The notes beneath the pieces were generated by a model. It was not told the origin of the DNA. It searched no databases and saw only the letters and a program-made list of their open reading frames with translations. From NCBI GenBank assembly GCA_039818205.1, contig JBCBUK010000009.1, forward strand, positions 64,001 to 128,000: a stretch of DNA of 64,000 nt. Reading direction: 5' to 3'. Positions 37,178 to 47,590 of the stretch are shown in pieces. The translations under genes were made by a program, and so were the position numbers. This stretch comes from Verrucomicrobiota bacterium. Its GTDB lineage: Bacteria; Verrucomicrobiota; Verrucomicrobiia; Opitutales; Cerasicoccaceae. Position 1 is the stretch's first letter. Each line of letters starts with the position of its first letter.

Positions 37178-37975
37178 ATGATCACTACGAAGCGCTTCGA
37201 CTACATTGCTATCAACAAAATCCAGTTCCACCCGACGGTCGTTAATCACCGCCCATTGAACGAGCCCAAGGTCGAGCACCTGGCGCAGGACATCCTGGTC
37301 AATGGGCTCTTGGAGCCCCTGATCGTTTGGGAAAAAGCAGCCGGAGAATTTTACCTGATCGGTGGCTACCACCGCTTGAATGCGATTTTGAAAATTCGGG
37401 AAGACAACCCGGGTTATTTCGATCGGATTGATGTACGGGTCGTGACCGGTTCGGCCGATGAAATGCGGGCGCTTAACTTGAAACTCAATGCTGACCGCGT
37501 CGATCTGAAGATTACGGATTACTTCGACACGGTGATCTACCTGAACAACGTTAACTGGCCCTCATCGCGAATCGCGGATTTCCTCGACCGCAGCGTTGGT
37601 TGGGTAGAAGACATTTTGCGGTATGCACCGGTAATGCCGCCCAAGATCAAAGCCATGCTGGCCGAGGGGAAGACGAGTTGGAACAAGGCTAAGGCTGCCT
37701 GTCAGAAGCTCGTCCAAGCGCCCGCGGGAGAGGAAGACGCGGTTGCCAAGAATGTGGAAGAGGAATTAGAGAAGGCCCCAGCCAAAGCCGTGAAACCGTT
37801 GAATTTTCGTTCCGCAAAGTCGCGCCTGGGTAAGATTGCGGAGAAGGCTCCGGAGGCAAATTACTCGCTGAAGACGGGCGATGTCATGTCGCTCATTCTC
37901 GTACTGGAGGGCAAAAAATTCACCGACGAAGACCTACAGCGCGTTAAGGCCAGTCTACCCGGATTGATTGAGTAG
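37178..37975 (+). CDS. ParB/Srx N-terminal domain protein with HTH
   Basis: NGLLEPLIV, LIGGYHRL, LKLNADR, IADFLDRSVGWV. Confidence 0.85.
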   Translation: MITTKRFDYIAINKIQFHPTVVNHRPLNEPKVEHLAQDILVNGLLEPLIVWEKAAGEFYLIGGYHRLNAILKIREDNPGYFDRIDVRVVTGSADEMRALNLKLNADRVDLKITDYFDTVIYLNNVNWPSSRIADFLDRSVGWVEDILRYAPVMPPKIKAMLAEGKTSWNKAKAACQKLVQAPAGEEDAVAKNVEEELEKAPAKAVKPLNFRSAKSRLGKIAEKAPEANYSLKTGDVMSLILVLEGKKFTDEDLQRVKASLPGLIE

Positions 37976-38833
37976 GCTTCGGATCACCTGTTCCGCCTGG
38001 CTGCGGTAGCCACCGCCAAAGAGGTTGGCGTGGTTCACGATATGGTAGAGGTTGTAGAGTGACTTTCGGCGCTCGTAGCCGGCTGCCAGTGGCCAGGTGT
38101 CTTGGTAGGATTGGTAGAAGCTGCGCGGGAACCCGCCGAACATCTCGGTAAACGCTAGGTCGGTCTCCCGATCTCCGAAATAGCATGCTGGGTCGAAAAT
38201 GACGGGCTCTCCGGAATCGTTCCAGCCGGCATTGCCCGACCACAGATCCCCGTGCAACAACGACGGCTGCGGTGAATGACCAGCGAGTAAAGCTTCAATT
38301 GAGTCGAGTAGTTCGTTGGCGCCGGCGATTGCGATACCTTGTTCAATTGCCAGTTCGAATTGCGGGCTCATGCGTTCTTCGCGGAAAAACGTGCTCCATT
38401 CGATATTCGCACGGTTGGATTGAGGAGTCGAACCAATGTAGTTATCTCGGTGCCAGCCAAATGTTGAATGCGTCGTGCGATGGAGTGTCGCGAGTTGTTT
38501 TCCCATCGACGTCCAATCTCCAGGTGGCCGCCCGAAATCAATCGCTTCGAGGACTAGAAAGGCTTGGTTGTCGGCAGTTCCAATGGCTAAGGGACGGGGT
38601 GCTGCCATCGCATTGCTTCCACGCAAGCACTCGAGGCCCGCGGCCTCCGCTTGGAACATGTCAATACGCTCCAGCGTGTTGAGCTTTACGAAATAGGTTT
38701 CCGTTGTGCCCCGCGCGAGGTAGGTCTCATTGATGCAGCCACCCCCGCATGGCGACAAACTTTGCACAGCAAAGTCTTTTCCGATGGCATCCGAAATCGA
38801 TCTAGCTAGCGCTGTTGTCAGTCGGTTGGGCAT
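37955..38833 (-). CDS. fructosamine kinase family protein
   Basis: [32 protein letters not shown]. Confidence 0.93.
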   Translation of the reverse strand: MPNRLTTALARSISDAIGKDFAVQSLSPCGGGCINETYLARGTTETYFVKLNTLERIDMFQAEAAGLECLRGSNAMAAPRPLAIGTADNQAFLVLEAIDFGRPPGDWTSMGKQLATLHRTTHSTFGWHRDNYIGSTPQSNRANIEWSTFFREERMSPQFELAIEQGIAIAGANELLDSIEALLAGHSPQPSLLHGDLWSGNAGWNDSGEPVIFDPACYFGDRETDLAFTEMFGGFPRSFYQSYQDTWPLAAGYERRKSLYNLYHIVNHANLFGGGYRSQAEQVIRSLLNQSG

Positions 38834-39296
38834 CTTGAGTCATTGCTTCGAGCAGCCCTTGGCAACCATCTTCAACCATGTCGAGCACGTGCTCGAATCC
38901 ATGATCGCCGCCGTAGTAGGGATCAGGGACTTCTGGAAATGCGTGGTTGTGGCAGAAGTCGGTAAACAGACGAACCTTCTTGAATTGTGCGTCGGTGCGA
39001 GAGAGACGCCGGGCATCGGCTAGGTTTGCGTGATCCATGGCCAGAATCAGGTCAAAGGTTCTGAGGTCCTGAACCGTTAAGGGTCGCGAATGACCAATGA
39101 CGGGAATTTGGCGACTTCGAAGTGCTTTTTGCATTCGGCTATCAGGGGGAGCACCTTCGTGGTATCCGATGGTGCCAGCGGAATCGATTTCAAATTTGTC
39201 GCTGACGCCAGCTTCATCCACGAGGTGCTGGAAGACACAATGGGCTGCAGGAGACCGGCAGATATTACCCATGCAAAGGAAGAGGATTTTTTTCAT
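38802..39296 (-). CDS. low molecular weight protein-tyrosine phosphatase
   Basis: [22 protein letters not shown]. Confidence 0.95.
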   Translation of the reverse strand: MKKILFLCMGNICRSPAAHCVFQHLVDEAGVSDKFEIDSAGTIGYHEGAPPDSRMQKALRSRQIPVIGHSRPLTVQDLRTFDLILAMDHANLADARRLSRTDAQFKKVRLFTDFCHNHAFPEVPDPYYGGDHGFEHVLDMVEDGCQGLLEAMTQDAQPTDNSAS

Positions 39297-39311
39297 GGCG
39301 GATCGTAACAG

Positions 39312-40142
39312 TTAAAGCGTAGTAGGAAGGGCGCGCCAACCAGGTAGCGGTATCGCCTCTGGGCGCGTGGTTTCTGCGATATCGAGTTGAGCCAGCGCCT
39401 CGAGCCAGGGCTGTAGTGTCTCCCTTTGGGGGCACTTGCGAACGAGGCTACCGATTTGCTTGCGGCGCTGAGTAAAGAAATGACGGATCAAATTTCGCTG
39501 GCCTTCCGTAAAGGCAAATGGCTCGGGGAGGCGCTCCAGATGGAGAAGTGTTGAATCCACATCAGGCACGGGATGAAAACACTGTCGAGACACCGCATGG
39601 CCCGGGCGGCGCTGGTAGGTTGCCTCAATCAAAACCGAAATCGCCCCATAGCTTTTTGTGCCCGATTTGGCAGTGAAACGATCGGCTGCTTCTTTTTGAA
39701 GCATGAGGACCATGCGTTCGGGGAGGGGACCCGTTAGCAGTTTTTCCATCCACGGAGTTGAGATGGCATAGGGTAGATTGGCAACGACTTTGAAGTCCTT
39801 ACTCTTTGATGCAAAGTTAGCAAGTGGATGATCAACCGCGTCGCCATGGATCAAATCGAGCTTTCCCGGCCATTGCGGCAGCAGCGCGTTGACTAGGTTT
39901 TCGAAAAGGCGTCGATCGTATTCAATTGCCCAAACCTGGGCTCCCGCTTCGAGCAGGGCAGAAGTCAATGAGCCGAGTCCGGGACCAATTTCCACGACGA
40001 GCTCACCCGACTTCACCTGGGCCAGGTCGAGCGACTTGTCGACGATGTTTCCATCAACCAGGAAGTTCTGCCCAAGCTTCTTGCTCGGGCGATGTCCAAG
40101 TTGGTCTAAAAGCGACCGGGTGCTGGACGGCGTTAACGGCAT
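39312..40142 (-). CDS. rsmA: 16S rRNA adenine dimethyltransferase
   Basis: KKLGQNFL, EIGPGLG, ANLPY. Confidence 0.96.
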   Translation of the reverse strand: MPLTPSSTRSLLDQLGHRPSKKLGQNFLVDGNIVDKSLDLAQVKSGELVVEIGPGLGSLTSALLEAGAQVWAIEYDRRLFENLVNALLPQWPGKLDLIHGDAVDHPLANFASKSKDFKVVANLPYAISTPWMEKLLTGPLPERMVLMLQKEAADRFTAKSGTKSYGAISVLIEATYQRRPGHAVSRQCFHPVPDVDSTLLHLERLPEPFAFTEGQRNLIRHFFTQRRKQIGSLVRKCPQRETLQPWLEALAQLDIAETTRPEAIPLPGWRALPTTL

Positions 40143-40144
40143 GG

Positions 40145-40936
40145 TCAGGCTTCATGGAAGACTTTTACAAGATCCGTGGGGTCGTCTTCGCGCATTAAAG
40201 CTTCGCCGACTAGAATGGCCTTGGCGCCGCAGGCCCGTGCACGCTCAGCGTCTGCTTGAGTAAAGATGCCGCTTTCGCTGACGGCGATAACGTCGTCGGG
40301 CATCTGCGGGATCAATAACTCAGAGATGGCTAGGTCGGTCACGAAACGGCTCAGGTCTCGGTTGTTCACGCCCAGTATTTTGGGTCCAAACTCAAGCGCA
40401 CGGTCGAGCTCACGCTCGGTGTGGACTTCAAACAGCGCATCCATACCAGCGGCTTGGGCGGAGTCGTAGAGGCGTGCAATTTCATCGTCCTCAAGAGCGC
40501 GCACAATGATCAAAATACAGCGTGCTCCAGCTTCGGCGGCTTCGACGATCTGGACTGGGTGCACAAAAAAATCTTTCCTCAGGCATGGAATATCGCGGCG
40601 ATGGTCATTGAGGAAGTCCGTGACTCCCCAGAGATCTTTTAGGCTGCCACCAAAATACTTCTCATCCGTGAGGACCGAGAGGCAATCAACCGCGGCATTC
40701 TGGTATTTGCGCGCCTGTTCATTGGCGTCAGGTAATTCGGCAATCTGACCCGCCGAGGGCGAGCGACGTTTGATCTCAGCAATCACCGACAAGCCATCCG
40801 GGGCCGTCAGCGCTTCACGAAAACGTTTGCCAGATCGGGTCTGCGACAGGCGTTCGAGCTCGCTCTCGCGGATCGGCCGGAGGCGAGGTTCAATCTCGAG
40901 GCGCTTATGCGCCATGATTTCAGCAAGTTTGTCCAT
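40145..40936 (-). CDS. trpC: indole-3-glycerol phosphate synthase
   Basis: IAEIKRRSPS, LRKDF, GVNNRDL, SESGI, LVGEALM; ATG 40936. Confidence 0.96.
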   Translation of the reverse strand: MDKLAEIMAHKRLEIEPRLRPIRESELERLSQTRSGKRFREALTAPDGLSVIAEIKRRSPSAGQIAELPDANEQARKYQNAAVDCLSVLTDEKYFGGSLKDLWGVTDFLNDHRRDIPCLRKDFFVHPVQIVEAAEAGARCILIIVRALEDDEIARLYDSAQAAGMDALFEVHTERELDRALEFGPKILGVNNRDLSRFVTDLAISELLIPQMPDDVIAVSESGIFTQADAERARACGAKAILVGEALMREDDPTDLVKVFHEA

Positions 40937-41170
40937 GGATGTAAGCGGCAAGGGGATCGAATCTTTGCGCCGATGTCAAAGCGTGAGATGGCGGAATACC
41001 CAAAAGCCAATCCGATTTACAATTTGCGACGAAACCCCGACAGATTGCGCAGAGCGCGGCCAGGAGACACTCATATGGTCGCCCAAGTTGGGTTCGGTCA
41101 CGCGACCGTCGCCGGTAGATTCACCCGCTTGGCGCTACTGGCAAACAGGGGAGTCTAGTCCTCGCCAATC

Positions 41171-42103
41171 CTAGCTGTAGGACAGAACATTGCGCCCCAA
41201 AAGGCGCTCCTTGCCTTCCAGGCAAAGCCCAATGAAGGTTTCTTCAAACAGGGTGAGCTCGTGTTGCCGTGCCCAGTAAAATTTCCATTCCCGATTGGGA
41301 CCGCCCTCGGAGAGTGGTCGCATCGCAAGACTGCCGCGTTCCAGGTCGGCGCTGGCAACCCAAGGTGGCGCAAATGCAACCCCCTGACCAATTTTTACCA
41401 TCTCAAGGATCGCTTCCATGCTTCCAACCTCAATCAACTCTGCGGGGCGCACGCCCTGGCTATGCAGTTTGTCCTTGATCACATCGTCCGATGGATTACC
41501 GCCACCGTAGAGGTGAAGGGTCTCTCCGCTCAGGTCGTTGAGGTTGAGCTCGGACTTCGTTGCAAGGTGGTGGAAGGGCGGCATCAGAATCCGCAGCTCA
41601 TCCTGAAACCATTCGAGGGAGTCGAGATCGTTCGCATCCGAACCAATGTTGAACGCGAGTACAAGATCGATTTCGTTTCGGCGAAGTCGTTCTAAGTTTA
41701 ACTTGCCTGGGCTTGGGCTGATGCTGATCGAGCAGCCCGGAAAACTTTGCTTAAATTCGCGGATGACTTCGGGTAGAACCAAGTGGGCGCATGCTGGAGT
41801 TGCGCCAACCCGGAGGCGGCCGCGTCCCCAGCCATCGAAGTTCCCAATACGCTCGCGCATCGACTCCAGACGGGCCAGAATCTCAGTCGCTTCGCGGATG
41901 ATGAATTCACCGGGTTCGGTTGGTCGTATCCGGCGACCCTCGCGCTCAAACAAACGATGCCCGATGTCTGTCTCCATTGCTTTAACTGCATGGCTAACAG
42001 CCGATTGGGTTAGGTGCAGTGATTTCGCGGCCTCGGTAAAGCTACGAGTTCTGGCGACCGCAACTACGGTCATCAACTGTCTTGTGTCGAGTGGAGCAAA
42101 CAT
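41171..42103 (-). CDS. LysR family transcriptional regulator
   Basis: SFTEAAKSLHLTQSAVSHAVK HTH plus substrate-binding domain. Confidence 0.94.
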   Translation of the reverse strand: MFAPLDTRQLMTVVAVARTRSFTEAAKSLHLTQSAVSHAVKAMETDIGHRLFEREGRRIRPTEPGEFIIREATEILARLESMRERIGNFDGWGRGRLRVGATPACAHLVLPEVIREFKQSFPGCSISISPSPGKLNLERLRRNEIDLVLAFNIGSDANDLDSLEWFQDELRILMPPFHHLATKSELNLNDLSGETLHLYGGGNPSDDVIKDKLHSQGVRPAELIEVGSMEAILEMVKIGQGVAFAPPWVASADLERGSLAMRPLSEGGPNREWKFYWARQHELTLFEETFIGLCLEGKERLLGRNVLSYS

Positions 42104-42107
42104 ATCT

Positions 42108-42124
42108 TTGGCACAGAACTAGCT
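42108..42124 (+). promoter_or_regulatory. sigma54 (-24/-12) promoter candidate
   Basis: TTGGCACAGAACTAGCT: TGGCAC with GG-N10-GC spacing, 20 nt before ATG 42144. Confidence 0.6.
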
Positions 42125-42143
42125 AGCATTTCTCATACCATAC

Positions 42144-43154
42144 ATGTCTTCTACTCGAGAAAATGGACGTTCCCTCAAAGTTGGGTTGGTGCGGCTGCTT
42201 GATGCCGCACCCTATGTTTTGGCGGGTGAACTAGGATACTTTGCCGAAGCGGGATTGCGCGTCGATTTAAGTTGGGAACTCGGTTGGGCAACCGTGAAAC
42301 ATAAGGTTGCCTATGGGGAGTTGGATGCCGCCCAGGCCTTGTCGCCTTCGGCACTCAGCGTTGCGGCTGGCTTTGGTGTCGCACCGACTCCCGTTACTGC
42401 GCTCATGGTTACGAGCCGACTGGGTAATGCGATTACCTTGTCGACCCGCGTGCGGGATCGAGGCGTGACCAGCGCTGAAGACTTTCGATCCGAGGTGCGC
42501 TCCTCTAAAGGGCAACGCCTTTATAAGCTCGGTGTTGTTTCCCTGGATTCCTCACACAACTTTTTAATGCGTCAATGGTTGACCAGTATCCGCATTGATC
42601 CCGATCACGACGTTAAGATTGTCGTCATCCCGCCGGGACAGGCAGTGCGAAATCTACGAGCTGGCACGCTCGATGGTTTTTGCGTGGGAGAGCCGTGGAA
42701 CAGTGTCGCAGTGCGTGAAGGTCATGGATGGTGTCCCGTTTTGAGCCATGAGCTTGCTCCTGATCATCCGGAGAAGGTCCTAATGGCGCGCAACGATTTT
42801 GTTGCCGACCGTAAGCCGGAGTTTGACGGTTTGGTGAAAGCGCTGACTCGAGCTTGCCAGTTTTGCGATGACCCAGAGAACATCTCTCGAATCGCGCGGC
42901 AGATGCGGCGAACGGGAATTCTCGGGCCCTCGGCCCAGGGAATGGAGAAAGTATTGAGAGGAGAGTTTGATCGCGGAACGGGTGACGGAGAAGTATCCGA
43001 ACCGATGATCCGATTCACCCACGAGGGGAAAACCAATGTTCGTGCCTCCGATGTGGCTTGGATTCTCAGCGGCGCAAAAGGATCCGGTTGGGAGGGGATT
43101 GATTCAGATCACCTCACCGAAATTGCATCGATTTCCTACTCCTCGGGACTCTAG
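42144..43154 (+). CDS. CmpA/NrtA-family binding protein without signal peptide (NasS-like)
   Basis: GLVRLLDAAP, GNAITLS, SSHNFLMRQWL, GFCVGEPWN, HPEKVL. Confidence 0.85.
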   Translation: MSSTRENGRSLKVGLVRLLDAAPYVLAGELGYFAEAGLRVDLSWELGWATVKHKVAYGELDAAQALSPSALSVAAGFGVAPTPVTALMVTSRLGNAITLSTRVRDRGVTSAEDFRSEVRSSKGQRLYKLGVVSLDSSHNFLMRQWLTSIRIDPDHDVKIVVIPPGQAVRNLRAGTLDGFCVGEPWNSVAVREGHGWCPVLSHELAPDHPEKVLMARNDFVADRKPEFDGLVKALTRACQFCDDPENISRIARQMRRTGILGPSAQGMEKVLRGEFDRGTGDGEVSEPMIRFTHEGKTNVRASDVAWILSGAKGSGWEGIDSDHLTEIASISYSSGL

Positions 43155-44282
43155 CTAACGGGCAATTGCCAAGCCCGTTTCCGAATCGAAGAAGGTTATC
43201 CGATCCTCATCGAACGTCATGAACACCGAGTCACCGACCTTCTCGTTTACCATAGTCGAGGTTCGGCAAATGATGGTCTGACCGCTGTTCGTTTTCAGGT
43301 AAACGTAGGTTTCGGATCCAAGTGGTTCGACGAGGTCGATCGTGACTGGGATCTTGCCGTTGTCTTGGATTGAATAGGAGATGAACTCTGGACGAATCCC
43401 TAGATGGACTGGCTTTCCTTGGTGCCCTTCGACAAGGCTTTTTACCGAAGAGCCAAGTAAGACGGTTGCCGGATCGGAATTCGCCGTTTCGAGGTCCTCT
43501 AAGAATGTGTTTTCGTTCCCGGAAGTAACGATTTTTCCCGGAAGAAAATTCATGGGTGGGCTGCCGATGAATCCCGCGACGAACATATTGGCCGGGTGAT
43601 TGTAGACGGTCATGGGCGTGGCAACCTGCATGATTTCTCCGTCCTTCATCACGCAAATCCGGTCTCCCATCGTCATGGCTTCGACTTGGTCATGGGTGAC
43701 GTAGATCATCGTCGTCCCGAGGTGACTATGCAGGCGGGAAATTTCGGTCCGCATCTGAACCCGCATCTTCGCGTCGAGATTTGAAAGTGGTTCGTCGAAC
43801 AAGAACACCTTTGGCTGGCGAACAATCGCTCGGCCAACGGCGACCCGCTGACGCTGTCCGCCCGAGAGCGCCTTCGGCTTTCGTTCGAGCAATGCGTCAA
43901 GCCCGAGAATTTCAGCGGCTTGTTCAACGCGTGTTTTGATCTCCTCCTTCGAAAGCTTCAGTAGTTTCAAGGCGAAGGCCATATTGTCATACACGCTCAT
44001 GTGGGGGTATAGGCCATAGTTTTGGAAAACCATCGCGATACCACGATTCTTTGGCAGGACATCATTCATCACTATGTCACCAATTTGAAGCGTGCCGCTT
44101 GTGATCTCCTCCAAGCCCGCGATCATGCGCAGGGTCGTTGTCTTGCCACATCCCGACGGCCCAACCAAGACCATGAACTCCCCATCCTCGATCTCGAGAT
44201 CGATCTGTTTAACGGCCTGGAAGGCGTCCTTCTTTCCGTGGTTGTAGGTCTTGTCGAGTTCGTTGAGTGTGACGGCGGCCAT
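43155..44282 (-). CDS. carbohydrate ABC transporter ATPase (MalK/UgpC/MsmX-like)
   Basis: [32 protein letters not shown]. Confidence 0.95.
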   Translation of the reverse strand: MAAVTLNELDKTYNHGKKDAFQAVKQIDLEIEDGEFMVLVGPSGCGKTTTLRMIAGLEEITSGTLQIGDIVMNDVLPKNRGIAMVFQNYGLYPHMSVYDNMAFALKLLKLSKEEIKTRVEQAAEILGLDALLERKPKALSGGQRQRVAVGRAIVRQPKVFLFDEPLSNLDAKMRVQMRTEISRLHSHLGTTMIYVTHDQVEAMTMGDRICVMKDGEIMQVATPMTVYNHPANMFVAGFIGSPPMNFLPGKIVTSGNENTFLEDLETANSDPATVLLGSSVKSLVEGHQGKPVHLGIRPEFISYSIQDNGKIPVTIDLVEPLGSETYVYLKTNSGQTIICRTSTMVNEKVGDSVFMTFDEDRITFFDSETGLAIAR

Positions 44283-44441
44283 TCGAGCGAGTGGGGTTTC
44301 TCCAGTGAAAGTTCCTCGTGTCTAGTGGTTTACTGACCGTGCTGCCAAACTATTTGCGAAAAAAATTCCACAAAATGGGGGGTCTATTGGTTCAAGAATT
44401 AGTTTGTAGGCGTCTCGGAGATTCAATTGAATTGTCCCGCC

Positions 44442-44756
44442 ATGATCGAATTCATCAAAAAAGGTATGCTTGCAAGCGTGGGGGCTGCGGTCGTCACAAA
44501 GGAGAACGCGGAGAAGGCTTTGGGCGAACTTGTGGAGAAAGGAAAAATTTCGACCACCGAAGCCAGCGAACTGGCGGGTAAAATCGTTGAAGAAGGCAAA
44601 GCTGAGTACGAGAAGTCTCTTGAGGAAGCTCAGGGATGGTTTGAAGGAATGCTTCGCAAGGCCAACGTTGCTAGCGAGTCGCAGGTAGCCGCTCTCGAAG
44701 CACGGGTTGCCGTTTTGGAGGCTAAAGTGGCCGAGTGTGACAAGCCCGCCGAATAA
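44442..44756 (+). CDS. phasin-family (PHA granule-associated-like) protein
   Basis: KKGMLASVGAAVVTKE...ELVEKGKI...LEARVAVLE. Confidence 0.8.
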   Translation: MIEFIKKGMLASVGAAVVTKENAEKALGELVEKGKISTTEASELAGKIVEEGKAEYEKSLEEAQGWFEGMLRKANVASESQVAALEARVAVLEAKVAECDKPAE

Positions 44757-44764
44757 GCGCTGCT

Positions 44765-46450
44765 TTGGCCAATCCACTCAAGACGCTTGATTTATTTTCC
44801 AACGCCGTCCGCGCCAAAGAGATTTTCACGGTTTTGGCGCGGCATGGTTTTGGCGACCTGTTGGAGACCGCCCGTGTCCCGAAGGGCCTGATCGAGAAGA
44901 TCGTTCCGCCCACGGATCTGAATCTCAATGTATGGCAGCGGCTCCGACATACCCTGGAGGACCTGGGGCCGACTTTTGTAAAGTTTGGCCAGGTGATGAG
45001 CACCCGGCCGGATGTCTTGCCGGAACCACTCATCGAAGAGTTTAAGAATCTGCGGAGCAAAGTCCGGCCACTATCCTTTGAGGAAATGAAACCGGTGCTG
45101 TGCTCGGAGCTGCGCTGTGAGGATGTTGCGGAATTCTTTGATGATTTCAATACGACACCGATTGCCACCGGCTCCATTGGCCAGGTTTACAAGGCGCGAC
45201 TGAAGGGCGAAGAAACGCTGGTTGCGGTCAAAGTCCAGAAGCCAAATCTGAAAAAGGCGATCAAGTCGGATATCGAAATCATTGGGTGGTTGGTGAAATT
45301 GCTTCACGACAAGGTCGAGGAGCTTCGCCCTTACGATTTACCGTCGGTTGTTGAGTCAACGGGGCAGGGGATTTTCCAGGAGCTCGATTTTGCGATTGAG
45401 GCGAATAACGCAGCCTTGTTCAACCACCTGAACCCCTATGACGTGGTTTTTGCGCCCAAGGTCTACGATCAGTTCACCTCCGAGCGCCTGACCGTATTTG
45501 AGTGGATTGAGGGAAAGCCGCCTGGTGATCCGAGTATCCCTGAGGATGTGAGCCATAAGCTAGCAACAGCCGGTGGCCGCAGTGTTTTTGAGCAGATTGT
45601 GATCAGCGGTTTCTTTCACGCCGATCCGCACGGAGGCAATATCCTCATCACGAACGATGGACGTCTTTGCTTTATCGATTGGGGCCTAGCGGGTCAGTTG
45701 ACCCGCGAGATGCGCTACTTCTTGGCCGATCTGTTTGGCGCGATTGGAAAGGGGGACCCCGAGCGGGTTGTCCGCGTGGCAACGAGCATGGCCACTGCCA
45801 AGGTTCGCATTGATCGCATCAAGCTAGAACAAGAAGTCGGATTTGTGCTGCGGCAGTACCGGTCGAAGTTTGATCAAAACGAGGCGATTGGTAAAATCGT
45901 AATCGAACTCCTCTACGTCTTTGGATCGAACGGTATTCAACTGGCTCGTGATTACTCTCTGCTCGCCAAAGCGGTGATTTCGATTGAAGAGGTTGGTCAG
46001 ACGATGGACCCCAAGTTCGATATCCGTTTGGTGGGGGCGCCGTTCCTGAAAAAGCTGGAGTGGGAACGTATCAATCCATCAACTGCCATCCCTCGTGCCT
46101 GGTGGAACCTTCAGGGGCATATGATGCGGCTGCGTGAGTTGCCGGCAGACATCCAGCGGTTCTTCCGTCATCTTGAAGACGGTGAGATCAAGATCAACAT
46201 GCGCCACGAGGGCCTAACCGAGGTCGGCGACGTGTTCGATTCCGGGGTAAATCGCCTCACGATTGCGATTATCACGGCGTCGATTTTGCTCTCATCGGCA
46301 ATTTTGGTATCATCGACGACTCCTTCAGACCCGTCATGGGACGACCTTTACAAAATGCCAACCTTCTTTGGGACTTGGGGCTTTAAACTCGGTATCATAT
46401 TTGGCGTCTGGATCATTTGGGACATCATCCGCCACGGACGCCACAAATAA
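44765..46450 (+). CDS. ABC1/UbiB family atypical kinase
   Basis: LGPTFVKFGQ, GSIGQVY, VAVKVQ, FHADPHGGN, IDWG; C-terminal TMs. Confidence 0.93.
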   Translation: MANPLKTLDLFSNAVRAKEIFTVLARHGFGDLLETARVPKGLIEKIVPPTDLNLNVWQRLRHTLEDLGPTFVKFGQVMSTRPDVLPEPLIEEFKNLRSKVRPLSFEEMKPVLCSELRCEDVAEFFDDFNTTPIATGSIGQVYKARLKGEETLVAVKVQKPNLKKAIKSDIEIIGWLVKLLHDKVEELRPYDLPSVVESTGQGIFQELDFAIEANNAALFNHLNPYDVVFAPKVYDQFTSERLTVFEWIEGKPPGDPSIPEDVSHKLATAGGRSVFEQIVISGFFHADPHGGNILITNDGRLCFIDWGLAGQLTREMRYFLADLFGAIGKGDPERVVRVATSMATAKVRIDRIKLEQEVGFVLRQYRSKFDQNEAIGKIVIELLYVFGSNGIQLARDYSLLAKAVISIEEVGQTMDPKFDIRLVGAPFLKKLEWERINPSTAIPRAWWNLQGHMMRLRELPADIQRFFRHLEDGEIKINMRHEGLTEVGDVFDSGVNRLTIAIITASILLSSAILVSSTTPSDPSWDDLYKMPTFFGTWGFKLGIIFGVWIIWDIIRHGRHK

Positions 46451-46504
46451 TGCTCGAAAGAGCAGTACGAGATTGAAGCGTAGTTAATTCGAGTGGCTGG
46501 CTGG

Positions 46505-47047
46505 CTACTTCGAAAAGAGGCGCGTGAGCCCCTTCTTCTTTTTGGGCTCTTCAGGAGCTCCCGGCGGAGGCGGCATGCCTTCAGGGCGTTTCGACGCTTC
46601 TTCGCGTGCCGCCAAGAGGCCTTTCGTCCCACCTTTCGGAGGTTCCGGAATATTGATGGGCGGTTGAGTGGGGCGCTTGCGCCGTTTGTCCGGAGAAAGG
46701 TAGGGCCGCACCACTTGATCGAGGAGGATGGGCTTTTTCATCACGTTGATCCCGCACATATCCAGTTGATTGAACTCGGAACGCAAAATTGCTGGGGTCA
46801 AAACGACAACGTGTAAATCCGGGTCTTTTGCCTTGGCCCCCATGATGAATGTCATGCCATTCTTTTCGTCGATCGAGTGATCCGCAATGAAGAGATCTAC
46901 GGGATTTTCTTCGTCGTCCAGGGCAGCTTTGCAGTCATCGATCGTCCTGGCCATCACTGGTTTATGCTGAAGCTTAGTCAGCTTGCGACTAACGCTTTCG
47001 AGCACGGTATCCGAATCATCCCAATATAGAATTCTCACATATGACAC
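46505..47047 (-). CDS. receiver-domain protein with Pro/Lys-rich tail
   Basis: YWDDS, LFIADH, KKP; disordered C-terminus ending KKKKGLTRLFSK. Confidence 0.75.
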   Translation of the reverse strand: MSYVRILYWDDSDTVLESVSRKLTKLQHKPVMARTIDDCKAALDDEENPVDLFIADHSIDEKNGMTFIMGAKAKDPDLHVVVLTPAILRSEFNQLDMCGINVMKKPILLDQVVRPYLSPDKRRKRPTQPPINIPEPPKGGTKGLLAAREEASKRPEGMPPPPGAPEEPKKKKGLTRLFSK

Positions 47048-47185
47048 TGTAGTAAGATTCTAGCGTAAATCAAGTAGCCTTTTGCCCCTATCGAAACTTT
47101 TGAAACTGGCATCGATTGGCCCTGCTCAACGTTTGTAAGCCGTTGATAAGTAGGGTAATCGTAGGTTCGTCCTGATTTTTTGGCG

Positions 47186-47590
47186 CTATGTTTTGGCCGG
47201 AATCTCTGGGGGGAGAAAGCGGTTAATCGCTTCCCTTACTTGATCGAACGTTACCGGTTTGTGGAGGTAGTGGTTCGCTCCGGCAGTGAGACACTTTTGG
47301 GCAGTCTTCTGTTCGGCATACCCGGAAATCACAATGATGGGGATTTCACGGGTTCGCCAATTCGACCGAAGAATGCGCAAGTCCGTGTAGCCATCGATGT
47401 CTGGCATGAGCAGATCAAGTAGGATCAGGTCGGGCCGATGCACATTGGCTTGCTCGATGACTTCTTTGCCGTTGCTTACGCCAATGGTTTCATGCCCCAG
47501 CTTTCGAGCGGTCGCTTCAAGGAACATGACCGTCGTTTCATCGTCGTCCGCAATTAACACAGTTTTTGCCGGTGTCTGAGGCTCACTCAT
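47186..47590 (-). CDS. single-domain response regulator
   Basis: IADDD, LLDLLMPDIDG, YLHKP. Confidence 0.93.
   Translation of the reverse strand: MSEPQTPAKTVLIADDDETTVMFLEATARKLGHETIGVSNGKEVIEQANVHRPDLILLDLLMPDIDGYTDLRILRSNWRTREIPIIVISGYAEQKTAQKCLTAGANHYLHKPVTFDQVREAINRFLPPEIPAKT

Noticed and set aside
40907..41158. 83-aa plus-strand ORF or RNA gene between trpC and LysR
   Set aside because: Overlaps the trpC start, no motif, no tRNA cloverleaf seen
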